Positions 1 to 7,120 of a stretch of 17,091 bases of DNA are shown here, piece by piece (position 1 is the first letter of the stretch; each line of letters starts with the position of its first letter). The DNA comes from Fibrobacteria bacterium (lineage in GTDB: Bacteria; Fibrobacterota; Fibrobacteria; UBA11236). Under the pieces are notes generated by a model. It was not told where the DNA came from, made no database searches, and saw only the letters and a program-made list of their open reading frames with translations. The stretch spans positions 1 to 17,091 of the forward strand of contig JAYTHY010000009.1 in assembly GCA_043732185.1 (NCBI GenBank), in the 5' to 3' direction. A program made the position numbers and the translations under genes.

Positions 1-2597
1 AGATTGTACCCGGCCGGCAGGATGAGATTGTCCCCGATGATTTTTTGGGCGTCTTCGATGTAGGTGCCGATGTCGATGCCTCGGATGTCTACGAACACCC
101 ACGCATTGGGCCGCGTGCCTTCCGTGCGGATGACCATGGGTCCGCGCGATGGTTCCAGCGTGGCGATTTGACCAAGCGGGACATGCTGGCCGGATGGAGT
201 GGGGACCAAAACTCTCTTTAAATCTTCGAGATTGTCCCGGAGTTCGCGGCTATAGCGTAGGCTGACCGGGTACCTTTCCAAGCCTTCCACCGTAGTCGTT
301 ATCGTCATGCCGCCCATGGCAGTGCGGATAACATTTTGCACATCTTCTACGCTGACGCCAAAGCGGGCAGCCTCTTCGCGGTTGATGCGTATATCCAAAT
401 AATTTCCGCCCACGGCACGCTCTGCGAATGCGGAAGTGGTATGCGGCACTTTGCGCATCAGGGCTTCAACCTCTTGCCCGATTTTTTGCAACGTATCGAG
501 ATCGGGTCCGGAAAGCTTGATGCCCACCGGCGTCTTGATGCCCGTGGACAACATATCCGTGCGGTTCTTGATGGGCATGGTCCATGAGTTGGTCAATCCG
601 GGAAATTGCAGGGCCGCGTCCATCTCCGTAATCAGACTGTCAACGGTTAGGCCTTTGCGCCAGGTCTTTTCTGGTTTGAGGCGAATGGTCGTTTCCATCA
701 TATCGAGACCGGCGGGATCGGTGGCCGTTTCCGCGCGACCAATTTTTCCGAACACCTGTTCCACTTCCGGAAAGGAGCGGATGATCTTGTCGGTTTGCTG
801 TAAGATTTCTTTGGACTTGGTCACGGATACGCCGGGCAATGTAGTGGGCATGTACAGCAAATCGCCTTCGAACAAGGCAGGCATGAATTCGGCTCCAAGT
901 TTTCCGAATGGAAAGGCCGTCAAAGCAACGGACAGCGCCGTCGCGGCCAAAATGGATTTTGGAAAGCGCAGGACAAAGTCTACCACGGGAGTGTATATCC
1001 GAATCAGAAATCGATTGATGGGATTTTTCCGTTCCGGTAGCAGCTTTCCACGTACAAAGAATCCGATCAGGATGGGAACCACCGTAATTGCCAAAAAGGC
1101 GGAGGCGGCCATGGAATACGTTTTGGTGAATGCTAATGGTCGGAAAAGCCTGCCGGCTTGGGCTTCCAAAGTGAAAACGGGTAGGAAGGATACGGTGATG
1201 ACGAGCAAGGACCAAAACAAGGTGGGACCCACTTCACAGGAGGCGTCCAGGATGATGGCCCAATGTTCCCGTCTATCCGCAGGTGGTTTTTCCGCTTCCG
1301 CTTCCATATGTTTATGGGCGTTTTCAATCAGGATGATAGCCCCGTCCACCATGGCGCCGATGGCGATGGCAATTCCACCCAAAGACATGATATTGGCATT
1401 GATACCCTGATACCGCATGACTAGAAAAGAAAGCAGGATGGCGGCCGGAAGTGTGAAGATGGCTACCAGCGCGCTGCGCACATGCAGAAGGAAAATCGCG
1501 CACACCAGGGCGACGATGAGCATCTCTTCCAACAGTTTATGTTTCAAATTGTCTACGGCTCTTAAGATCAATTGGGATCGGTCATAAGTCGGAACAATCT
1601 TTACATCTAATGGAAGTCCCGTTTTAAGCGTCTCCAATTTCTTACGCACCGCATCAATAACCTCCAAAGCGTTTTGGCCATAGCGCATGACGATGATTCC
1701 GCCTGCCACCTCGCCTTGCCCGTCCAATTCCGCAATGCCGCGCCGCATTTCCGGTCCGATGCTGATGTCGGCGATATCCTTCAAATAAATAGGGGTACCC
1801 GAGGAGCTACCCATGCTTTTTCCCGTCGTGTTTCCAACCGAGGATCCCGCGCCCATACTTAGCGGAATATTCTGGATATCCTCCAGACTTTTCAAGTACC
1901 CCAGTCCGCGAATCATGTACTCGGCTTCACCCATTTCAATGACTTCGCCGCCTGCGTCAGAATTGCCGTTTTGAATAGCCATGTCTACGTCCTTAAGCGA
2001 AAGGCCATAGGCATGCAGTCGAGTGGGATCCACGTTGACCTGGTATTGCTTGACAAAGCCGCCTATACTGGCGACTTCGCTAACGCCTTCAATGCTCGCC
2101 AATTGATATTTGAGGTACCAATCTTGAATGGATCGCAGCTCCTGCAACGATCGTTTTTCAGAAACCAAAGCGTATTCATATACCCATCCCACACCACTGG
2201 CATCCGGACCCAAAGTGGGCGTGACCCCTGGAGGCAAGCGCTTTTGGGCATAGTTTAAATATTCCAAGACGCGGCTTCTGGCCCAATAGATATCAGTGCC
2301 GTCTTGGAAGATGATGTAAACCAGGGAATAGCCAAAAAAGGAATACCCCCGCACTACTTTGGCTCCCGGCACCGAGACCATGGAAGTGGTCAAGGGATAG
2401 GTGACTTGATCTTCGATGATGCGCGGGCTTTGTCCCTTGTGTTCGGTATAGACAATGACCTGTACATCGCTTAAGTCAGGGAGGGCGTCGATGGGGGTGC
2501 TTAGCAAAGCATGCGTTCCAAAGCCCATGGCTACGGCACCCAGTAGAAGCACCAGGATTTTATTTTTAAGGGACCAGGTGATGAGTTTCTCTAGCAT
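1..2597 (-). CDS. cusA: CusA/CzcA-family heavy-metal (Cu+/Ag+) RND efflux permease; 3' end lies outside the window
   Basis: Not in the ORF track because there is no stop in the window. Manual translation from ATG 2597 gives MLEKLITWSLKNK...TPIDALPDLSDVQVIVYT...GQSPRIIEDQVTYPLTT...DIYWARSRVLEYL...NIMSLGGIAIAIGAMVDGAIILIEN...EGDLLYMPTTLPG...DPAGLDMMETTI...NRTDMLSTGIKTPVGIK...LPAGYN, in one frame to the edge. The three Met residues matching the E. coli CusA metal triad (M573/M623/M672) are present. AGGCGG precedes the ATG. Confidence 0.95.
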   Translation of the reverse strand, partial: MLEKLITWSLKNKILVLLLGAVAMGFGTHALLSTPIDALPDLSDVQVIVYTEHKGQSPRIIEDQVTYPLTTSMVSVPGAKVVRGYSFFGYSLVYIIFQDGTDIYWARSRVLEYLNYAQKRLPPGVTPTLGPDASGVGWVYEYALVSEKRSLQELRSIQDWYLKYQLASIEGVSEVASIGGFVKQYQVNVDPTRLHAYGLSLKDVDMAIQNGNSDAGGEVIEMGEAEYMIRGLGYLKSLEDIQNIPLSMGAGSSVGNTTGKSMGSSSGTPIYLKDIADISIGPEMRRGIAELDGQGEVAGGIIVMRYGQNALEVIDAVRKKLETLKTGLPLDVKIVPTYDRSQLILRAVDNLKHKLLEEMLIVALVCAIFLLHVRSALVAIFTLPAAILLSFLVMRYQGINANIMSLGGIAIAIGAMVDGAIILIENAHKHMEAEAEKPPADRREHWAIILDASCEVGPTLFWSLLVITVSFLPVFTLEAQAGRLFRPLAFTKTYSMAASAFLAITVVPILIGFFVRGKLLPERKNPINRFLIRIYTPVVDFVLRFPKSILAATALSVALTAFPFGKLGAEFMPALFEGDLLYMPTTLPGVSVTKSKEILQQTDKIIRSFPEVEQVFGKIGRAETATDPAGLDMMETTIRLKPEKTWRKGLTVDSLITEMDAALQFPGLTNSWTMPIKNRTDMLSTGIKTPVGIKLSGPDLDTLQKIGQEVEALMRKVPHTTSAFAERAVGGNYLDIRINREEAARFGVSVEDVQNVIRTAMGGMTITTTVEGLERYPVSLRYSRELRDNLEDLKRVLVPTPSGQHVPLGQIATLEPSRGPMVIRTEGTRPNAWVFVDIRGIDIGTYIEDAQKIIGDNLILPAGYN

Positions 2598-2608
2598 GGT
2601 TTGACCGC

Positions 2609-3946
2609 CTATTTTCCGGCATTCATGGTGTGTGAAGACGAGGTATCGGACATTGGATTTTCCGCTGGGTCCCGGGCTCTCATCTGCTGGATGGCCGACT
2701 TGAGGTTGCTTTCCGAATCGATCAAGAACTGGGAAGAGATGACCAGCATTTCTCCTTCCGCTATTCCGGACAGCACCTCTACATAATTTCCTGCCACCTG
2801 TCCGAGTTCCACTTCACGCGGTTCAAAGTATCCGTCTCCGGTGGAGAGGACAGCGATGTTGCGACGACCAGACCTTATGATGGCTTGATCTGGAACCGCA
2901 ATGACATTTCGAAGTGATGGGGAGAGGATGCGAACCGTGGCGAACATCTCCGGTTTCAAATCGAGGGATGGTGTATTTACAATTTCGATCCGTACTTCCG
3001 CCGTTTTGCTTACTGGGTCGAGCACGGGTGAAATAAAAGTCACTTTGCCTTTAAAGGGTTTGCTTTGGCCATAACTGAGCTGGACCTCAGCCATGGAGCC
3101 CAGCTTGGCAGTGGCTACATCCCGCTGATAAATACTGGCTACCACCCAAACACGCGACAGGTCCGCGATGCGATAGAGCAGCATGCCCGCCATAATATTT
3201 TGACCCTCCACCACCATTTTTTCCAAGACTACGCCCGTAGCTGGAGAGAGAATGGAAAGCGTATTGCGTGCTTTGTCCTGCTTCTCCAAAGCCTGTATTT
3301 CATTTTCAGAAATACCCCAGTTAAGTAGTCGCCGCCGTGCGCTTTCCACCAAATCGTTGGATCCGGTTCCCGGATTTCCAACTGTCGATTTGGAATAGTG
3401 CAAGGCCGTCAAATACTCTTCTTGCGCGCTCACTAAATCGGGGCTGTAAAGTTCAAGCAGGCTCTGGCCCTTTTTGACCAGCGCTCCAGTGGTGTTCACT
3501 TTTAGTTTTTCCACATAGCCCATCACGCGGGCGTTGACGATGAAAAGTCGGCTTTCATCTACCTGCACCTTGCCACTGCTGCGGATTTCGGTTTGCAAAT
3601 CCCTTCGGGAAACCAATTCTGTTCGGACCCCCATGTTCTGCACAGTAGTCGGATCGATATGCACATTATTGGTTTGCTTTTCCTTATTGTCAGTCTGCGC
3701 GGCCCCATCTTTTTCGCTAGCCTTGGTCATTGGAACCAGTTTCATGCCACATATGGGGCAGTTGCCGGGTTTGTCCGATATGTAATTGGGGTGCATGGCG
3801 CAGTGATACATGGTTTTGGCTTCTATCGGATCATGCCGCTCCGCCGTTGTCGGGGATTTCAAGGCATGACTGTTCCAAAACCATCCGCCCCCAAAGAGCG
3901 CCATAACCAGGATTGCAGCCAGGGATAATTTTATTGTGGTATTCAT
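2609..3946 (-). CDS. cusB: CusB-family RND periplasmic adaptor with N-terminal heavy-metal-binding domain
   Basis: 445 aa. N-terminal membrane anchor; YHCAMHPNYISDKPGNCPICGMKLVP metal-binding motif; CusB motifs LYSPDLVSAQEEYL, IADLSRVWV, LKPEMFA, SQFLIDSESNL. ATGA overlap with the upstream gene. Confidence 0.93.
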   Translation of the reverse strand: MNTTIKLSLAAILVMALFGGGWFWNSHALKSPTTAERHDPIEAKTMYHCAMHPNYISDKPGNCPICGMKLVPMTKASEKDGAAQTDNKEKQTNNVHIDPTTVQNMGVRTELVSRRDLQTEIRSSGKVQVDESRLFIVNARVMGYVEKLKVNTTGALVKKGQSLLELYSPDLVSAQEEYLTALHYSKSTVGNPGTGSNDLVESARRRLLNWGISENEIQALEKQDKARNTLSILSPATGVVLEKMVVEGQNIMAGMLLYRIADLSRVWVVASIYQRDVATAKLGSMAEVQLSYGQSKPFKGKVTFISPVLDPVSKTAEVRIEIVNTPSLDLKPEMFATVRILSPSLRNVIAVPDQAIIRSGRRNIAVLSTGDGYFEPREVELGQVAGNYVEVLSGIAEGEMLVISSQFLIDSESNLKSAIQQMRARDPAENPMSDTSSSHTMNAGK

Positions 3947-5280
3947 TTTCCATCTCCTAGGGATAGTGCGTTGGAAATTTCTTCCAGATTCAGTCCAACG
4001 GCTTCTTCCAATTCCGCTTGACTGACCATGAGTTGCATCAGTGACATTTGTGAATTTTCTTTGGCCATGAGGCGCATGCGATAGGCATCGATAAGTCCCA
4101 TGAACTCACCTTTACCACCTTGATAGGCGGCCAAATTGGACTCCAACGCTTGCTGGGATTGAGGTAAAAGGATGTCCCTAGACAGGCGCAATAATTCCCC
4201 GGTACTTTCAGCTTTCAGCAGCGCGCCTTGAGCCCGGGCATATGCCATATTTTCTGCGTCCGTGTAGTCCATTCTTGCCTGCTCCAGGTTTGCGGCGCTT
4301 TGCACATCCAGTGCTCGGTATTTTGGTAGTGACCAGAGTGCAAAGGGAATATTCATGCTCGCCATCACAGACCAGTAATTTTCAGGTGGACCGGAACTAT
4401 GCGATCCGGAGGTGGATTTGAGCATATCCTTAAACATGCCTCCCACCATGATATCTGGTAGAAGATCTTTTCTGACCAACTTCTTTTCCGCTACGCGCAT
4501 TTGGATATTCGCTTCCATGCCTTGCAATTCAGGATGAGATTTTTTTACTAAGGGCCGAAGTTGATCCAAGTTCCAGTTCACGAGCGCGGGTATTAGCGTG
4601 TCCGTTACGGAAATGGCGGCGGCTGTTTTACGATTGAGCAAGGAATTCAGCATGGATTCCATACTGCGCCTTTCTTGGACAAGAAGGATGGAATCCGATT
4701 TTAGATTTGTGGCTTCTGTCTGGGCACGTAGGATATCCGCTTGCCTACCCATTCCTACTTCGTATTGCCTACGCGCCACTTCGATCAGCCGCGCCATGAG
4801 AGATTGATTCTCCCGATTGATTTCGAGCCTTCGATCCAAGAGGTACAGTTCATAGTAATAGGACTTGACAGCCAATATGGTTTTCCGTTTGCGCACTTCC
4901 AAATCCGCTTCTGCCATTGAGGCATGAGTATGCTCGGCATTGATACGCGCTGAAATTTTGCCCGGAAAGGGAAAGGCTTGCTTGACGGAGTAATCGATTT
5001 CCATCTGGTTTTTAAGTGGATTTGGGAACGAGGCTGTTGGAGTTTGGTAAAAATCGACCCCAATTTCTGGTGGCTCCAGGGACCAGAAGTGATCACTAGA
5101 AGAATGCATCGACTTGGCCCGAAACTCTAGAGCTTTAAGTCCGGGATTATTTTGCACCGCTTCAGCGACTAGGCTGGAAAGGGATTCTGAATCGCTCCAA
5201 CCCATGGCCAGTCCGATAGCTATTCCAAAAAACACACGGAGTAATGGTAATCGTTGCATAAAATTTGGTAATCGTTGCAT
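3943..5280 (-). CDS. TolC/CusC-like outer membrane efflux protein of the heavy-metal RND operon
   Basis: OEP features: LVAEAVQNNPGL, QAFPFPGK, RRQYEVGMGRQADILRAQ, ILLPQSQQALESNLAAYQGGKGEF. Start placed at ATG 5280 because GAGAAGGA lies just upstream and a signal-peptide-like stretch follows. The ORF track start is TTG 5343, and ATG 5259 is an alternative. Confidence 0.88.
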   Translation of the reverse strand: MQRLPNFMQRLPLLRVFFGIAIGLAMGWSDSESLSSLVAEAVQNNPGLKALEFRAKSMHSSSDHFWSLEPPEIGVDFYQTPTASFPNPLKNQMEIDYSVKQAFPFPGKISARINAEHTHASMAEADLEVRKRKTILAVKSYYYELYLLDRRLEINRENQSLMARLIEVARRQYEVGMGRQADILRAQTEATNLKSDSILLVQERRSMESMLNSLLNRKTAAAISVTDTLIPALVNWNLDQLRPLVKKSHPELQGMEANIQMRVAEKKLVRKDLLPDIMVGGMFKDMLKSTSGSHSSGPPENYWSVMASMNIPFALWSLPKYRALDVQSAANLEQARMDYTDAENMAYARAQGALLKAESTGELLRLSRDILLPQSQQALESNLAAYQGGKGEFMGLIDAYRMRLMAKENSQMSLMQLMVSQAELEEAVGLNLEEISNALSLGDGK

Positions 5281-5283
5281 AAA
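5245..5283. repeat. 18-bp perfect direct repeat with 21-bp period (TGGTAATCGTTGCATAAA x2) at the TolC/CusC start
   Basis: Copies at 5245-5262 and 5266-5283. On the minus strand it encodes FMQRLP twice. Confidence 0.9.
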
Positions 5284-5388
5284 GGGAATCCTTCTCAATT
5301 TTATCCATGGACGTAGCGGGACATCTGAGCCTTGCCACGCCAAAAAGGGCGCGCAGACTGGTAAAACCTTGGGATGGGGGCCGCGACA

Positions 5389-5432
5389 AACTTCCGGAGG
5401 AAGTTCACGGCAGGAATTCTAAATCAGAATTC
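5389..5432 (-). promoter_or_regulatory. Two small hairpins at and just after the stop codon of the leader ORF
   Basis: AACTTCC-GGA-GGAAGTT at 5389-5405. GAATTCT-AAATC-AGAATTC at 5414-5432, overlapping the TAG at 5419-5421. The inverted repeats are seen directly; function is inferred. Confidence 0.4.
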
Positions 5433-5853
5433 GACGTTGTGTGAGGTAAAGAGGAGGGTCAGATGCGGAGCGAAGTTCAGATCGATTAGGAGAAGCGGGA
5501 AGGTCGATGACGGCTATAGGTAAAACGCGAACAACCCATTCAGGCAAACTTGGAGCCAATACCATTTCCGATGGAATTTGTGGCAACCGCTGATTGGCAT
5601 CTTGAATGCAACACTCTTTATGTTGCGAGGGATCGGATTTTGAAGCATGGTCGCTGCCGGCTGTTTTAGCTGGCTTTGGGCAACAGAAGTGGGCGGGAGC
5701 CTGGGCGATTTTCTCTGACGTGAATGCCGTAGCTAAGAATTGGCCAATCCGCTGATTGACGAGACAGCAACTGAATATCTGGCTTCCGAGGAAAACCAAC
5801 ATCAAAACCATCGCCATGGTTTGTTGATACCGATGCAAGCGTTGCCGAATCAT
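5419..5853 (-). CDS. Small Cys-Cys/Pro-Pro membrane-targeted protein; putative metal-sensing leader (uORF) of the cus operon
   Basis: 144 aa from ATG 5853 (the ORF track extends to 5922). Basic N-terminus and hydrophobic segment (MAMVLMLVFLGSQIF), then SCC, HFCC and HKECC, and a Pro-rich C-terminus ending DPPLYLTQRRILI. First gene of the operon. Confidence 0.75.
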   Translation of the reverse strand: MIRQRLHRYQQTMAMVLMLVFLGSQIFSCCLVNQRIGQFLATAFTSEKIAQAPAHFCCPKPAKTAGSDHASKSDPSQHKECCIQDANQRLPQIPSEMVLAPSLPEWVVRVLPIAVIDLPASPNRSELRSASDPPLYLTQRRILI

Positions 5854-5859
5854 ACCAAT

Positions 5860-5868
5860 AATATACCA
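5860..5868 (-). promoter_or_regulatory. Putative extended -10 promoter element (TGgTATATT) 6 nt upstream of ATG 5853
   Basis: Minus strand reads GA-TG-G-TATATT-ATTGGT-ATG. There is no convincing Shine-Dalgarno and no good -35 at 17-bp spacing, which fits an extended -10 leaderless transcript. Confidence 0.5.
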
Positions 5869-6040
5869 TCCCGCAAGTTCAATTCGTACCTGTTTTGACG
5901 ATTTGGCAGCAAGAAAGGGCAAAGCTGTCCTTTACTCGCGAATTTTCAAGATCAAGGCCCGGGTTTTCTATTTTAGATATTCGATTGAATTGAATTCCCG
6001 TTTCGAAAATGTCATTCCGAAATATCGGAAGGAGTTGCCG

Positions 6041-7120
6041 TTGTCCAAGGCCACTAATCGAACTCTTGTTGCGCTCGTCACCATAGTCCTGGTGGGCTTG
6101 TTGGCCTACCCCAAACTAAAGTCCAAAACACCTGCCCCTGGCGCCGCCGCCATGGGTGGAAAACCGGGCGGACCGGGGGGAACGCCTCCGTTACCGGTTA
6201 CCGCCAGAATAATTCGACCCCAGCGCCTGGATAATCGGATTTCCAGTACCGGAACTGTAATGGCCAATGAGGAAGTGGAGATTCGCAGCGAAATATCCGG
6301 CAAAATACTACACATCGGCTTTAAAGAAGGCAGCAAAGTTTCCAAAGGTGATTTGTTAGTTAAAATCGACGATAAGGAATTGCAAGCCAATATTCTCAAA
6401 GCCCAGTCCCAACGAAAGTTGGCCGAGGACAATGAGTACCGCATGCGCATGCAGCTCAAAATCGAGGCGGTGAGCCAAAAAGATTTCGACCAAGCGTTGA
6501 ACGAACTAAATCTGGCCAAGGGTGGCGAACAGGTGCTGCGCGCCCAATTGGATAAAACGGAGCTGCGGGCCCCTTTTTCAGGCGTAGTCGGCCTCAAGGA
6601 TGTTAGTGAGGGCGCATTAGTCGGACCTGCGACTCGGATCACCACCTTACAGGAGATTAATCCAGTCAAAGTGGACTTTTCTATTCCTGGAAAGTATGCG
6701 GGTTGGGTCAAGACCGGAACGCCAATCACCTTTACCGTGCAAGGATCGGATAAGAAACAAGTAGGAAAGGTGTATGCGTTGGATCCAAAAATGGACCCGG
6801 AAACTCGTTCCCTGCATTTGCGCGCACTCTGCCCTAATGCGGACGGCCTTGTCCTGCCTGGCGCCTTTGCTGCCGTGGACGTGCCATTGCAGGTGGTCGA
6901 CTCCGCTTTGCTTATTCCCACCGAGGCCATGACCGCCGATGGTCGAGGGGCCAAAGTCTACCTTTACCGGGGAGGTAAAGCCGATCCCGTGCAGGTCCAG
7001 GCCGGGCTCCGTACGGACTCGTTGGTGCAGATTACCAGCGGTTTAAAATCCGGTGACACGGTTCTTACTTCTGGCATCATGCAAATCCGCCCAGGCGCAC
7101 CTGTCACATTATTGCCATGA
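6041..7120 (+). CDS. RND efflux periplasmic adaptor subunit (membrane fusion protein)
   Basis: Motifs GTVMANEEVEIRSEISGKI, FKEGSKVSKGDLLVKID, ELRAPFSGVVG, GLKSGDTVLTSG; N-terminal TM helix. Start placed at TTG 6041, 6 nt after AAGGAG (6029-6034). The ORF track start is 5903. Confidence 0.92.
   Translation: MSKATNRTLVALVTIVLVGLLAYPKLKSKTPAPGAAAMGGKPGGPGGTPPLPVTARIIRPQRLDNRISSTGTVMANEEVEIRSEISGKILHIGFKEGSKVSKGDLLVKIDDKELQANILKAQSQRKLAEDNEYRMRMQLKIEAVSQKDFDQALNELNLAKGGEQVLRAQLDKTELRAPFSGVVGLKDVSEGALVGPATRITTLQEINPVKVDFSIPGKYAGWVKTGTPITFTVQGSDKKQVGKVYALDPKMDPETRSLHLRALCPNADGLVLPGAFAAVDVPLQVVDSALLIPTEAMTADGRGAKVYLYRGGKADPVQVQAGLRTDSLVQITSGLKSGDTVLTSGIMQIRPGAPVTLLP

Noticed and set aside
436..1410. 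324-aa plus-strand ORF and other short ORFs within 1-2600
   Set aside because: Antisense or alternate-frame shadows of cusA, which fills the region on the minus strand with recognisable motifs.
5854..6040. ORF-track extensions (5903 plus, 5922 minus) that make the divergent genes overlap
   Set aside because: Better starts exist at TTG 6041 (with SD) and ATG 5853 (after a -10 element). The extensions resemble AT-rich promoter DNA.
6121..6195. Gly/Pro-rich low-complexity segment in the adaptor
   Set aside because: Ordinary flexible linker after the TM anchor in this family.
6106..6954. 282-aa minus-strand ORF, and 7129-7866 (245 aa)
   Set aside because: Antisense to well-supported RND genes. 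Long stop-free antisense frames are common there, and these have no recognisable motifs.
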